Notes: generated by a model not told the origin, from the sequence alone. A stretch of DNA of 64,000 bases from an uncultured Eubacteriales bacterium (GCA_934447715.1 CAKSER010000005.1:25678-89677), one strand, 5' to 3'; numbered from the stretch's first letter, positions 7,227-18,101 are shown. Numbers and translations are program-made.

Positions 7227-9041
7227 TCAGGTGTGATATATTATCTGAATAATTGTTTGTGACGTGTCGGCGGTCTTGCACATTATTTTTCCGCTCTCGT
7301 TAACATAAACATAGCCGATGCCACCATTTGTGCTTATACACATTCCGAAAGTGCTAAAAGCCGGTCGTATATCCTCCGGAAGATTTCCGACAACCGGAGA
7401 ATACTCATATGCTATAGCGCTTAACGGCGAAAATCTAAGCTGTATATGAACAAAACCCGACGAGCTTTTGACAACCCAATTATCTCCTGAATATGACGAC
7501 ACAAGATTCGTTTGAAGATCTAAATCCGTTTTTGATGTCACAACTCCGTCCGCAAAATTGACCGGCACATTAAATCTGAAATCTTCGTCACCCCAATCAA
7601 ACACCGGCATTGCTCTTGAAAGCGTTGCTATAACAGATTTGGCGTCTTTACTCACACCGTATATTGCATCGCACGCCTGCATTTCAATATCGTAAGCTTT
7701 TGTATAATCCAGCCCCGTCAGCACCCCGGAGGCAAAATAAGAACTGTCATTCAGCGTTACATTTAATGAGACATACTCCGAAAAAGTCTCCGCCCCTTTA
7801 ACCTTGTATCTCGCCCTTATTGTCAACTCGTTTTGAACTGTACCGAAAGAGCCGTTATACCACACGCCGGTTGCAGAAACAGAGACTGTACCTTCGGTAA
7901 TGTCCGACCAATCCGGCTGATTTTGTGCCGCTATTGTCGGCGCTCTATACGAGATCAATGTAAGACCAGGGGCAGTCGCTTTTGAGGAAAAGTTTCTTGA
8001 ATCTGCTGTTTCTGCGGTTATTGGCAGAGAGTATATGACCGCATCATTAATCGTATATTGCAAACTTGCAGTTGATCCTGCAATGTTATGTGTAGTTGTT
8101 CCGTACCTAACTGTTAATCCTCGTACTGTGGCTGCGTTCTTTGCTTCGACATCGGTTGATATTTCGCATTTGCTTTCGCCCGAAACTATTGTTTTAGCGT
8201 TTCCCGTCAGTAATAAGGTGCTCGCGTTGATATCTTGTACAGAGCATGTTATGGTTGGCGAACTTGTGCTTGAATCCACATAAACGCGCATTACTTTATT
8301 GTTACTTCCGAGAAGCGTGTTTCCACTGTATGTATCACACCGTATCGTCACTGACAACGAGTTATCCTGCGGAATCAGTTCAAATAACGCTTCCGGCACC
8401 GTCCAATTATATGTTGCAGAAGAAACCTTTCTTTCAATAATTGTCCATCCGCTTTGGTAGTTTGTTTTGTAATAAAGGCTGTGACTATAAGATGTGTTAT
8501 ATGAGTTAATTGCGATTACACAGGTACTGCCGATATAGCTTATAGTAGGAAGCGTCACAGTGCTTTTGCGGATTATTGCATCAAGTGATGCCGTTGCAGA
8601 AACGGTTCTTGATGTATTCTGCGCCGGAACATTATTTGCACTTGAGTTCTCCGTAAACTTCCACAAACAGGATATCGGCACGGAATGCACAAGACCATCA
8701 GTGCAGTCAATATCTGTATAACCCTCGGCAATTACCGTGCCTTTTTTAAAGCTTATTCCTCCTGCGCTGAACTCCCCAAGCTCCCACGCGGCAGAAGGTT
8801 TATTTTTCCCGTCGAATACAGAGATGCCGTTAATAGTTCCGCTGTATGTTGTAGTATGTTTATAAAACGACGACGATGCTGTACATGCAAGCACCTCTCG
8901 AACACTAACCCTGTGATTCCCTGTCGTTTCGTTCGGCTCTGTTTTTGCATATAAAATAACATAGTATTTGTAGTTTCCGCTTTTCGGAGACATTGCTGAC
9001 GACATTGCTTGATATGTATATTCCGATGTAAGGTTTGCCAT
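7227..9041 (-). CDS. baseplate / receptor-binding candidate (DUF859-like siphovirus minor structural protein)
   Basis: 604 aa, follows the Tal-like gene. The N-terminal YYVILYAKTEPN...GNHRVSV layout recalls DUF859 (recollection). Confidence 0.55.
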   Translation of the reverse strand: MANLTSEYTYQAMSSAMSPKSGNYKYYVILYAKTEPNETTGNHRVSVREVLACTASSSFYKHTTTYSGTINGISVFDGKNKPSAAWELGEFSAGGISFKKGTVIAEGYTDIDCTDGLVHSVPISCLWKFTENSSANNVPAQNTSRTVSATASLDAIIRKSTVTLPTISYIGSTCVIAINSYNTSYSHSLYYKTNYQSGWTIIERKVSSATYNWTVPEALFELIPQDNSLSVTIRCDTYSGNTLLGSNNKVMRVYVDSSTSSPTITCSVQDINASTLLLTGNAKTIVSGESKCEISTDVEAKNAATVRGLTVRYGTTTHNIAGSTASLQYTINDAVIYSLPITAETADSRNFSSKATAPGLTLISYRAPTIAAQNQPDWSDITEGTVSVSATGVWYNGSFGTVQNELTIRARYKVKGAETFSEYVSLNVTLNDSSYFASGVLTGLDYTKAYDIEMQACDAIYGVSKDAKSVIATLSRAMPVFDWGDEDFRFNVPVNFADGVVTSKTDLDLQTNLVSSYSGDNWVVKSSSGFVHIQLRFSPLSAIAYEYSPVVGNLPEDIRPAFSTFGMCISTNGGIGYVYVNESGKIMCKTADTSQTIIQIIYHT

Positions 9042-9042
9042 C

Positions 9043-10830
9043 TTATCCTCCTATCCAAAAGCACGCTGTCCTGCGTTTGTTTGAACTGTCTGTATAATCC
9101 TGAAGCCTTGAGTGAGTGCCAATAACAAGAAACTGACGCGCAGTCAGATTAATCGCTTCTACTCCCTCATTATTTGCTTTAAGAATTTCTTCGCTGCCCC
9201 TTTTTACATACATTCCGGAGTTATCAAGAAGATTTTCCATCTCGTCCCCGGATTTCTTTATACGAAGACCGTCCTCGTCAAATGTGTACCCGGTCGAAGT
9301 CTCAATGCTCTGCTTCCCGTCTACCTTCTGCTGAACGAGAAATTCAATTGCATCCGCCGTCATTGTTGCACTGACGCGTTTTGTTATATCTCCGATTTCT
9401 CCTGCAAGACCGTTTATATCCTGCTCTGTTTTGCTTACAAACGCCTCGATCGTCTGGGCTTGCTTATTAACGCGCAAAACCGTCTGATTTATAACCCTGT
9501 CGGTTTTAGATGCTGTTGAATAGTCGGTTTTTGTTCCTTCCGGAATAACACTTTTTATTGTCTCCTGAATGCCCTGCGTAATCTCTATGTTATTACCGAG
9601 CATTATTGTTGAGTAGACACTTCCATCAAGGGTTTCCAGAGTAAACCGGTCACCTATATCGAACAGACAGCAACCGAACGATGAAATCTCACAAGGAAAG
9701 AATGTCAATCCATGTAGCGCGTTGTATATTCCGTCGATAAAATCATCTCTGTGTGTGTCCATGAGTTGATTGTTCTCTATCTTAATTTCGTGAAAGTCTG
9801 CTGCAGTCTCGTCCTGTTTGTACAGATTGTCTTCCTGCGGAGTACGAGCAATTACAACGCTGTTTATCGGGCCATATTGATCACTTATTGCAATTGCAGA
9901 CAAATTGTCAGGGGAAATCGTTTCATTTGTTTCTGTGGGGTATATTACGCTGACAGCGTCGTTTATAATGGCAATTGTTCCGCCTGCGGCTTGTGCTATC
10001 TCTGTTAAAACATCTCGATAGGTGTACTGACCGTCGTCGTATTTTTCACCATCAAGAACAACATCGCTGTTCGTGAAAGCCTTGGTTGTCAGTGTCAATC
10101 CTATCTGTGAGCATAGTTGTTCAAGAAAGCTGCCAAGCGTCACCGTCTTCGTAAAATCAGCAAATTTAACGTATGTTCTCATTGCTGATATCATCTTGTC
10201 ATAGCAGATCAACTTTACCGAACTGCTCTCGTCGCTGTATTCTGCTTCGACGACCGTAAATGTTCCGAAATCACGAGATTCTTCGTTCCTTGCCCCTATC
10301 TTTTCCACTTTAATCGTATCAACAACAAATGTTTCAGAATCAGACATTGCCATAACAAGCGTCTCACTTATTCTGTATATGCTATAAGTAAGACCGTCTG
10401 TCCCGGTCGGAATCCCTGTAATAACATTTGAGCTTGTAAGTAAGACCGAATACTCAACTCCGTTTGTGGTTATTCTGTAATGTTCGCCTGCCTCAAGGGC
10501 TTCGGAAATCGGCAGCGCCGCTCCGTTTTTCGGTATCGTAAAGTTAGCCCCTTCATATAGCAGAGTATCCGGCTCTGCCTCCCCCCTTACTGTGAGAGAA
10601 ATGTTTAATTCATCACCCTTTATGCTGTCACAAAAGCTTTGATCTCCGGCATTGTCGAGCTCGATCGTCGCCTCCCTCATAACCGAAGTCAGGAGGGAAC
10701 CATCGGTTTCTATGTTACAGGAGGCGATATCTCCGCTCGTATATGTGGAGCTTCCGTGTGTGATTGTAACATCTATCTGCTTTCCGTATGATTCTATAAG
10801 CGGCTTAAACGCCGCTGCGTTACTGATCAT
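9043..10830 (-). CDS. tail-associated (Tal / prophage tail endopeptidase-like) protein
   Basis: 595 aa. Assigned from the canonical TMP-Dit-Tal gene order. Confidence 0.6.
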   Translation of the reverse strand: MISNAAAFKPLIESYGKQIDVTITHGSSTYTSGDIASCNIETDGSLLTSVMREATIELDNAGDQSFCDSIKGDELNISLTVRGEAEPDTLLYEGANFTIPKNGAALPISEALEAGEHYRITTNGVEYSVLLTSSNVITGIPTGTDGLTYSIYRISETLVMAMSDSETFVVDTIKVEKIGARNEESRDFGTFTVVEAEYSDESSSVKLICYDKMISAMRTYVKFADFTKTVTLGSFLEQLCSQIGLTLTTKAFTNSDVVLDGEKYDDGQYTYRDVLTEIAQAAGGTIAIINDAVSVIYPTETNETISPDNLSAIAISDQYGPINSVVIARTPQEDNLYKQDETAADFHEIKIENNQLMDTHRDDFIDGIYNALHGLTFFPCEISSFGCCLFDIGDRFTLETLDGSVYSTIMLGNNIEITQGIQETIKSVIPEGTKTDYSTASKTDRVINQTVLRVNKQAQTIEAFVSKTEQDINGLAGEIGDITKRVSATMTADAIEFLVQQKVDGKQSIETSTGYTFDEDGLRIKKSGDEMENLLDNSGMYVKRGSEEILKANNEGVEAINLTARQFLVIGTHSRLQDYTDSSNKRRTACFWIGG

Positions 10831-10831
10831 T

Positions 10832-11194
10832 TCACGTTCTCCTCTTGATCGCTATAATTGATATTTTAATCGGCTTATGGCCCATATCCTTTCCCCGTTT
10901 CAGCTCGTCCACCGCGTCACCAAAATAAAATGCTGCAGTCACGTTCTTACGCTTCTCCGTGTCATAATAGGTTACATTTGCAGAGGCAACGTTTACAAGA
11001 CCAAGAAATTTGGCTGTTTCCTCTGCAGTCATCTTTCCGGTTGTGATTTCAATTTTCGGGAAAATGCCGATCAGGGTTCCTTTGTTTTCTCCCGTCATGC
11101 TTCGCCCGGTGTCGGAGCTCCACAGCTTACAGTACGACACCTTGTATGATACCAGCTTGCTGATATCCGTATTGCCTATTTTAAGTAATGGCAT
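10832..11194 (-). CDS. distal tail (Dit-like) protein, short form
   Basis: 120 aa, immediately downstream of the tape measure gene. Confidence 0.5.
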   Translation of the reverse strand: MPLLKIGNTDISKLVSYKVSYCKLWSSDTGRSMTGENKGTLIGIFPKIEITTGKMTAEETAKFLGLVNVASANVTYYDTEKRKNVTAAFYFGDAVDELKRGKDMGHKPIKISIIAIKRRT

Positions 11195-13389
11195 TAGATC
11201 CCTCCGTTTGTTACAAATTTACGTTTGTTTGACAAATCGATAACTTCTTCGGCTATCTTTTTCCCGGACAGATATATCGGAATAACGATTTTGCCGGTGG
11301 CTCCGTTTATCTTTTCGGCGAGCATGTCCATCCATCCGGTATTCTGATCAAGCGGAAGTATTGCTTCTGCTCCTGCTTCGCCTGCAATTAACGGAACGCC
11401 TCTGCCGGGGCGATTGACAATTCCCCCGGTCGCCAATCGTGGGATTTCCGTTATATTAATTCCAAAATGTCGTCCCCCCATTCCAGGAACCCAATCAGGG
11501 ATATCTACTGAAATTTTATTGAGACCGCGAATTAATGTATTAATAATGTCAATAAAAACATTTACGACGCCCTTAAGAAAATTGAGTATAGCGTTCCATA
11601 TACTCAAAAACGCATCTTTCCACGCTTCCCATACAGCCGCCCAGTCTCCTGTCCCAATCGCGGATATTGTTTTTACAACTGCACCGATTATTTTTAGGAT
11701 AGAGCCAAAAGCGCCTCCTATAGTTTGCATCACTGTTCCGACAACATCACCGACAGCAGTTAATGCCGCTGACAGTATATGGCATATTGCGCCTCCTTTT
11801 TCAAGCCACTTTCCAATTCCAGAAAAAAACTCACGGGTCTTTTCTGCAATTCTGCCAAAAAAATTTGTAATCTCGTTTCCTGCATTTGTAAGCCATGAGT
11901 GAATTTCATTTCCGTACATCAAAAAAGCAGTAAAAAGACCTGCAATTGCCGCTGCCACTAATGGAATCCAACCACCTGCAAGAATCGAAAATGCCCCACC
12001 TATTCCTAGCAATCCCGTTTCTATCGCGGTTAATGATTCGACACTTTTTCCGTTATCAAACCAGTCCTTGAATCCCAACACTACTAAACCGACTCCGCCT
12101 GCAATCGCCCCTATTGCTCCACTAACTAAGCCAAGAGCTAACGAAAGGCCCAAGACGGCTAATGCTATTCCAGCTATTGTGCTCGCCAGATTTTTCCAGT
12201 CGAGGCCATTTTCCCAGGCGTCTATGTACCCGTCAATTGTCGTTACAGCTCCCGATATAACAAGCGCCCACGCTGCACAAGTTTTCAACGATGCGCCGAA
12301 GCTATCAAGAATTGACCAAGTAAGAATTCCGGAAGTTATACCTGCGATCAACGGTGCGATATCCTTAATTATCTGCGCAAACTGTTCGACCTTGCTTAAG
12401 TCTATATCTGCCTGTTGGAAAACCCCACTTACGCCTCCGCTTTCAGTACCACTAATCGATGAATTGCCGCTTATTTTTGTTATTTCGTCGAATCCGGCAA
12501 GCGTTTTTGATGCAGCAACAGCTTTTTTTGTTGCATCAGTTTGTTTTTTTAAAGCTGCGGCATTTGCTTTCGCAACAAAATCAATTCCGGTAAGCGCGAG
12601 AACAAGCGCATTAATATATGTTATTGCAGTCGTGAGCCACCCTACTATTTTTTCAACTACCGGGCCAATTGCTGTTCCGAGCACATTCCATATAGAATTA
12701 ATTTGATTTTTTAATTCTTCGTTTGAGTCAAGATACGCTGACGCAGCACGTCTTAAAACCGCAAAGGCACTTCTTATACTTAAAATGGAAAGAACTAGCC
12801 TGCCCGCTTTTTTAATGCCACGCGTAAACCCCTTTGTAAGTGCTGCTGACGTTTGTTTTGAGGCAACTTCTGCATCTTTTTCGGCTTTTGCGTATTCTCT
12901 TGCCGCCTTTGCTTTGTCTTTTTCCGCCTCTTCCGCGGCTCTTGCACCATCAACTTCCGCAAATTGAATTCTTTGAAGTTCTGCCTCCATTGATGCAATG
13001 TTTTTTTGAAGTTCTTTCACTCGTTCATTTGCTTCTTCCCATTTTTGATTTATGGGACCGAGTTCATCAGTTGCTATTTCATCTATGAACTCTCTCTGTT
13101 TTTCGCTGGTTGTATTAGCGTACATTGAATTATAGCTTCTTTGTACAGCGTCGCCCTCTGCTGCAAGATTGTTTTGCAATTCGAGCATTTTTTCCAACTC
13201 GCCGTTTGCCTTTTCAAGTGCACTTTGTAGTTGCTTCGCCGACATTCCGGTAAAGGTCGTGCTTGCTTTTTTCCCCACTTCAGCAATCTTGTCGGCGGTC
13301 TTTTCAATTTTTTTTGCAAGCTTACCAAGATCAGCTTCTGCCTGCTTTGTTTCAATTTTCGTACTTATACGAATACTTCCGTCATTCAT
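11194..13389 (-). CDS. tail tape measure protein
   Basis: 731 aa with an Ala/Lys/Glu-rich coiled-coil N-terminus and Gly/Ala-rich hydrophobic central repeats; position after the chaperones. Confidence 0.85.
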   Translation of the reverse strand: MNDGSIRISTKIETKQAEADLGKLAKKIEKTADKIAEVGKKASTTFTGMSAKQLQSALEKANGELEKMLELQNNLAAEGDAVQRSYNSMYANTTSEKQREFIDEIATDELGPINQKWEEANERVKELQKNIASMEAELQRIQFAEVDGARAAEEAEKDKAKAAREYAKAEKDAEVASKQTSAALTKGFTRGIKKAGRLVLSILSIRSAFAVLRRAASAYLDSNEELKNQINSIWNVLGTAIGPVVEKIVGWLTTAITYINALVLALTGIDFVAKANAAALKKQTDATKKAVAASKTLAGFDEITKISGNSSISGTESGGVSGVFQQADIDLSKVEQFAQIIKDIAPLIAGITSGILTWSILDSFGASLKTCAAWALVISGAVTTIDGYIDAWENGLDWKNLASTIAGIALAVLGLSLALGLVSGAIGAIAGGVGLVVLGFKDWFDNGKSVESLTAIETGLLGIGGAFSILAGGWIPLVAAAIAGLFTAFLMYGNEIHSWLTNAGNEITNFFGRIAEKTREFFSGIGKWLEKGGAICHILSAALTAVGDVVGTVMQTIGGAFGSILKIIGAVVKTISAIGTGDWAAVWEAWKDAFLSIWNAILNFLKGVVNVFIDIINTLIRGLNKISVDIPDWVPGMGGRHFGINITEIPRLATGGIVNRPGRGVPLIAGEAGAEAILPLDQNTGWMDMLAEKINGATGKIVIPIYLSGKKIAEEVIDLSNKRKFVTNGGI

Positions 13390-13943
13390 GAATTGCCCCC
13401 TTCAAAAAGACGTTCAAATTCTGCGAGCGCATTAATTTCTTCTTTTGTATGCCGAACAGGAAGTGCCACCTCTGCCTGTGCTTTTGCAATTTTTGATCTT
13501 GCTTTGGGATCTTTTATGTCTGAAAGATCGTAATTGCGCAATTCCCTTATCCTTGATAGTGAGCTTTGTTCCGTAAGACCGGCTATAAGCTCGCAAAATT
13601 GCCAAAAGTGCATATCTGTCTTGCTCAAGTCGATTCCGTAATCACTCATAAAGCTTGAATTTATGTATTTTCGATCAAATTCAAAATCCATATCCGGCTT
13701 TTTTTCTGACTGATCTTCGTTTATCTCTCCACACTGAAGAAAAAAACGGGCTTTTTCCAAAAAATCATTAAGAAGATTTTCCTCCGGAATAAAACCGAAC
13801 AATAAGTATATGATGGCCAGCGATCTTTCCTCATCACAAATGCTCTTGTCGTTAATTACCGAAAAGCACTTCAGACCGACCTTAAAATCGGTTTTTAACT
13901 TGTATCGTTTTCCGTCTATGTTGGCATACTCGGGATAGCTCAT
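13386..13943 (-). CDS. tail assembly protein (Gp15-like)
   Basis: Position between the chaperone and the TMP. ATGA overlaps on both sides. Confidence 0.55.
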   Translation of the reverse strand: MSYPEYANIDGKRYKLKTDFKVGLKCFSVINDKSICDEERSLAIIYLLFGFIPEENLLNDFLEKARFFLQCGEINEDQSEKKPDMDFEFDRKYINSSFMSDYGIDLSKTDMHFWQFCELIAGLTEQSSLSRIRELRNYDLSDIKDPKARSKIAKAQAEVALPVRHTKEEINALAEFERLFEGGNS

Positions 13944-14395
13944 ATTTCATCATCCGGAGTGGCTCCATACTTTTCTTCAATGCGCTTACGAATATCTATG
14001 CCTCTTATCTGCATTTTTTCAAAGTGTGGCTCCATCTGATCTATAAAGTCGTTAAACATTTCAAGATAATTCTGGTCTCCGAAAATTTTCTGACTTGCAC
14101 CGAACCCGGCAAATTCATCAACCGCCGCCCTCATCTTGCGGAATGTTATGCGGTATGCCTCGAGTGTGGCTTTCTCCCTTGAAGACATCATATCACCTTT
14201 CTTGACAATGTCCTCTTTCTTTCCTATTACAACAATTTGGCCTTTAAGCCATTTAACAGCGTCCTGTGCCATTTTCTGGGCTCTTTCAAACTTAAACGGC
14301 AGTTCAATATCTGTTATATCAAATTCAATAATGTCTCCGTTATCGTTAACTTCGATTTTATAGGTGTCTTTATTTTTTACTCTGATAGATTCCAT
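13940..14395 (-). CDS. tail assembly chaperone
   Basis: 151 aa, acidic, directly downstream of the major tail gene. Confidence 0.55.
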   Translation of the reverse strand: MESIRVKNKDTYKIEVNDNGDIIEFDITDIELPFKFERAQKMAQDAVKWLKGQIVVIGKKEDIVKKGDMMSSREKATLEAYRITFRKMRAAVDEFAGFGASQKIFGDQNYLEMFNDFIDQMEPHFEKMQIRGIDIRKRIEEKYGATPDDEI

Positions 14396-14445
14396 TTTGT
14401 CCTCCTAGAATCAGAGCCGGGAAAAATCCCGGCTCTATGTTTGTT

Positions 14446-14955
14446 TTATGTGTTTGCTGTAAACGAAAGAGTTCCGCCCGATATAGTTGCTGTACCGATA
14501 ACCGGATCACCGTTAAGGCTGACTGTATAAGTAATGCTCAAGGGATTGCCTGCATCTCCGCCAAATTCCTCAATCGAAATGCAGCAGTTGCATTTCTCTG
14601 CGGCGTATGTCGGTGTGCTCTCGGTTGTCGAACTGTCATAAATGTATACGAGAACAACATCTGTCTCTGCCGCTGCTCCGATTGCCCTTGCCTTGCGAAG
14701 TCCGTCCACATAATCAAATACCGCATCACCCTTGTAGCAGGTCTGCGGAGTATTAATTGACGGCGCATAGGCGTCAACAGAGTTTGTTGCGCTATCCTCG
14801 TTGATATACTGCTCTGTATTTACTGTCGGATTATACGCGACTGTCTGCCCTGTAATACCCTTACCCATACGCGCATAACTTGCTGTGCTGCCGGGCGTTG
14901 TATTGAGAAACGCCGCAAATTCACTTCTTTTGATTTTTACAGTTGTATTTGCCAT
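14446..14955 (-). CDS. major tail protein
   Basis: Start trimmed to MANTTVKIK. Assigned from size and position upstream of the chaperones. Confidence 0.65.
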   Translation of the reverse strand: MANTTVKIKRSEFAAFLNTTPGSTASYARMGKGITGQTVAYNPTVNTEQYINEDSATNSVDAYAPSINTPQTCYKGDAVFDYVDGLRKARAIGAAAETDVVLVYIYDSSTTESTPTYAAEKCNCCISIEEFGGDAGNPLSITYTVSLNGDPVIGTATISGGTLSFTANT

Positions 14956-14960
14956 AATGT

Positions 14961-15464
14961 TTATTTTCCTTTCTCTTGGTCGTATATCAAGCGGCACTGT
15001 ATTTGATATCTGGCATTTGAAAGATCTCCTGATATATCAAACAAATATCCGCTCGACATTGCTTCAATTTTAATTGCTGTTTTTCCTGCTCCCAGAACAG
15101 GGAGATTTCCTTTTTCCGTCTCTTCCTCAAGCCATTCTGCAAAATTCTCATTAAATCCGCTGTTATCAATATTGTTTCTGGCTTCGTCGCTGTAAAACAG
15201 TCTTGCTGCGAACACAAATACGAATTGTCTTTCGCTTGAACCGTCCAGAAAACGTTTTGTAATGGTTTGCGACGGAATTTCCTCAATGGAATATGTTTCT
15301 GTGTCTTCTGGTAAATAATCTACGCATAGGCGTTTAAAACCGGCTATATATGGGCATTCCGCTATAAATGTCTTTATGCTTTCTATAATTGCTATCTTAC
15401 TCGCCTCCTGCCAATGTCTGAATAAATTTTTCGGTAGCTTCACACACTTTTCTGCCGTTGTCAA
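14961..15464 (-). CDS. tail completion / head-tail joining protein
   Basis: Assigned by position. The annotated ATG gives a 68-nt overlap with the upstream gene, so the true start is uncertain. Confidence 0.5.
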   Translation of the reverse strand: MTTAEKCVKLPKNLFRHWQEASKIAIIESIKTFIAECPYIAGFKRLCVDYLPEDTETYSIEEIPSQTITKRFLDGSSERQFVFVFAARLFYSDEARNNIDNSGFNENFAEWLEEETEKGNLPVLGAGKTAIKIEAMSSGYLFDISGDLSNARYQIQCRLIYDQEKGK

Positions 15465-15849
15465 TCCATGCGCGTTCTACCCAGCGCGGTCCACGCATCG
15501 GGGCACCTCTATATTTAAGATCTTCATCTGTCAGTTCTTTGCTCGTATTCGGACGGCTCCAGAATCGCCCCGTGCTTGGATTATAGAATGCCCCCTTTTT
15601 CGTAATCGGATCAACCATAAGTTTTCCATACCAGTGATACCGGGCATAAGGAGTGTTATATATAATTCCGTCTCCGGCATCTGTAAGTCTTGCCGACGCC
15701 TGCAATACACCGGTCCTGAAAGGCAGATAAGGATTACTTATGCGCATTACTTCCGAAGAAAAGAAACGCTGTGCCTTTCCTCCCGGTTCCAATCCGCATT
15801 TTATAAGAACGGCTTCCGCCCCTGTAAATGTCACTTTTGCGTCAAACAT
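15397..15849 (-). CDS. head-tail joining protein (Minor_capsid_2-like)
   Basis: YARYHWYG motif and position. Confidence 0.55.
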   Translation of the reverse strand: MFDAKVTFTGAEAVLIKCGLEPGGKAQRFFSSEVMRISNPYLPFRTGVLQASARLTDAGDGIIYNTPYARYHWYGKLMVDPITKKGAFYNPSTGRFWSRPNTSKELTDEDLKYRGAPMRGPRWVERAWIDNGRKVCEATEKFIQTLAGGE

Positions 15850-15851
15850 CT

Positions 15852-16193
15852 TTATCGTCCCGTTATCGTGACATTATCAACATCAGATCCGCAGATACTC
15901 TCCTCTACGCGCATTGCGGTTATACCGCCTTTTATTTGTTTAAGGGAGGTTATTTCTGATCCTTTGCCTTTTATAATGCGATCCCCCGGCATTACCGACC
16001 ATTCGGTGCCAAAGGTTTTTGTAAGCTCCGGAGAGGTTACGATAGTAATCTGATCATCCTCTGTAATGCCTTTTCCGCTTTGCTGGATTCCTTTTGCTCC
16101 GCACCAGTAAACACCGGTAATTTCCTGTTTTGCGTATATATCTTCGCCGTCAATTAAAGCGTGACGATATATAGTTATTGTATGTGGAAACAT
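15852..16193 (-). CDS. head closure protein (Minor_capsid_1-like)
   Basis: Assigned by position in the connector module. Confidence 0.5.
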   Translation of the reverse strand: MFPHTITIYRHALIDGEDIYAKQEITGVYWCGAKGIQQSGKGITEDDQITIVTSPELTKTFGTEWSVMPGDRIIKGKGSEITSLKQIKGGITAMRVEESICGSDVDNVTITGR

Positions 16194-16549
16194 TATTTCA
16201 ACCCCCTATACAATAATCCGGTGAGGGACAGGAAAAGCGCCGCTTTACGGTACTTTTCCGTCTCTCTGTCCTCTGCAGTTTTGACCGGTTTGCTGTAACT
16301 GCGTGAATGATTGCCTACACTTTCTGTCGAAATGGTTGCGTCCTCGTCACGGGCCTGCTTTACAATTATTTCAGCCACGGCGCAAGTTGCATTTCTGACC
16401 GCATCTGAAACATTATCCTTCGCCTGTCCTCTTGTAATTTGGTCTATATAGGCCGACGCTTCAAGTTCAACACGATAGAATTCCGTATCATCGTTGATCG
16501 TTGTTCCCATGAAGACCGTCCGGTAATAATCAAATGTCGCATAGCCCAT
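16193..16549 (-). CDS. head-tail connector (gp6-like) protein
   Basis: 118 aa, immediately downstream of the capsid gene. Confidence 0.55.
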   Translation of the reverse strand: MGYATFDYYRTVFMGTTINDDTEFYRVELEASAYIDQITRGQAKDNVSDAVRNATCAVAEIIVKQARDEDATISTESVGNHSRSYSKPVKTAEDRETEKYRKAALFLSLTGLLYRGLK

Positions 16550-16563
16550 TCAAATTGTCTCCT

Positions 16564-17472
16564 TTAGCCTGCAGCCTTACAGTGTGCGTAAATCCCCTTT
16601 GTCTTGTTATCAAGCACCCATGCATCGTGATAGATTCTATAATCGACCTTGTATGCGTCTGCTTTCTGGTTGACATCAGGATCAAAAACGCGGAATTTAG
16701 CATGCTTAGCGACCTGAATAACCGCGCTAGGCTGTATAATCATGAAGTTGATGTCTGCGCCAGTGGTTGCGGTCTTGCTATATCCGCCGTCTGTCTGTCC
16801 GGTTGTAGAACCATCCGCAAGGGTTACGCCCTTATAAAAACGGCTCTGCGGCACCTCGATAATAGTCAGCTCATCGTACATTCCGAAATTGCTGTTCGGA
16901 TTCTGTCCCGGAGCAATCGGCCTTGTCCACTTCGTTGACTGTTTTACAAAGTTAAATACGGTCGGAGTAACGAAAAGATATGCACCGTTAAGATCGACCT
17001 CTTCCTCTTTCATTGCGTACATTGCAGTATCAATAGCTTCTGAAGCGGTAGACTTTGTAAGTGTTGCACCGGCGCTGGGCGCAAGTCCGGCAGCTGTTGC
17101 ATATGTACTGAAGCGATATGCATCGATCTCCGGAACCACCTTTGTGCGAAGGAATTCAGATGCCAGCGTGCCGAATGCAATTCCCAAAGTTTCTGCATCA
17201 TCCATTGCATCAATTGAAAAGCTCCTTCCTCTGTCCTTTGTGAGGGTTTTAGTCTCCCATGTGAGAGTAACATCTCCGTTTACAAAACCGGTGTTGCGAT
17301 TGTAGTCAGCGAGACCCTGCATGGAGGTTTTTGCGACAAGTATGCTCTTGGCATCTGCCGTCTCCCTTACAAGATCGGCAGGCGCATCGAGAACGCTTGA
17401 TCGTGACGCATACTTGTATACCTGATCAAGATACGGCACATATTTGCTTACTGTTGAAATAGAATTTGACAT
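16564..17472 (-). CDS. major capsid protein
   Basis: 302 aa, follows the scaffold gene; strong RBS context. Confidence 0.7.
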   Translation of the reverse strand: MSNSISTVSKYVPYLDQVYKYASRSSVLDAPADLVRETADAKSILVAKTSMQGLADYNRNTGFVNGDVTLTWETKTLTKDRGRSFSIDAMDDAETLGIAFGTLASEFLRTKVVPEIDAYRFSTYATAAGLAPSAGATLTKSTASEAIDTAMYAMKEEEVDLNGAYLFVTPTVFNFVKQSTKWTRPIAPGQNPNSNFGMYDELTIIEVPQSRFYKGVTLADGSTTGQTDGGYSKTATTGADINFMIIQPSAVIQVAKHAKFRVFDPDVNQKADAYKVDYRIYHDAWVLDNKTKGIYAHCKAAG

Positions 17473-17490
17473 ATTTTTTGTTCCTTTCTG

Positions 17491-18018
17491 TTATGTGGGT
17501 AGCCCCAGAATTCTTTTGATTTTTGCATCATCGTCTCCGTTATTGTGTTTGTCATGATCAAGCCCGGTCTTGCCCTTGATCATTTCAAAAGGAGCGCTTT
17601 CGGTTTCAAAGAGATAAGCTTTTCCTTCCTTAATGGCGGCGATCTGTTCTTCCAGCCCTTCAAGGCCTTTGTCTGTAAGGGTTACTTTCGCAGTATCTAT
17701 CAACGGCATAATCACATCAACGTCTCTTGCTTTTGATTTTACAAGCTCCGTTGCAATCATTGCCCTTGTGAGTTCTGCGGTCATTGCCGATGTTGCGTCT
17801 GCAACAGCTTTGTTTTTGTCTTCCTCGGCTTTTGCTTTCCACTTGAGTTCCGCGGTTGCAAGTGATTTTGATACTCTTTTGTCAAACTCACTCTGATACC
17901 CTTTAATTTTCAAAATTTCGTCAAAAGTAAGATTTTCTGCCGCGGTCACGTTTTCCTGACCCTGCTGCTGGCTTGGTATCGGGCTAACTTCCTGGTTCTG
18001 AATGTTTTCTTCTGTCAT
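17491..18018 (-). CDS. capsid scaffolding protein (DUF4355-like)
   Basis: Acidic, helical, Ala/Lys/Glu-rich; lies between the minor capsid and major capsid genes. Confidence 0.65.
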   Translation of the reverse strand: MTEENIQNQEVSPIPSQQQGQENVTAAENLTFDEILKIKGYQSEFDKRVSKSLATAELKWKAKAEEDKNKAVADATSAMTAELTRAMIATELVKSKARDVDVIMPLIDTAKVTLTDKGLEGLEEQIAAIKEGKAYLFETESAPFEMIKGKTGLDHDKHNNGDDDAKIKRILGLPT

Positions 18019-18101
18019 TTTTTTCTCCTTTTCCGTCGCGTTTTTGCGCCCACGACGTTAATTTTAATATATATAATATAAGCACTCGTTGAGCGCTCGT
18101 A

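Noticed and set aside
13386-14395. Programmed -1 frameshift joining the two tail-assembly genes (the gpG/gpT paradigm)
   Set aside because: The downstream ORF has its own ATG overlapping the upstream stop (ATGA). I saw no slippery heptamer near the junction, so separate coupled genes are the simpler reading.
15397-15464. 68-nt overlap between two head-tail joining genes as a recoding signal
   Set aside because: More likely a mis-set start. A GGAGG lies just before the upstream stop, but no canonical start codon follows it, so the true start is left unresolved rather than claimed as biology.
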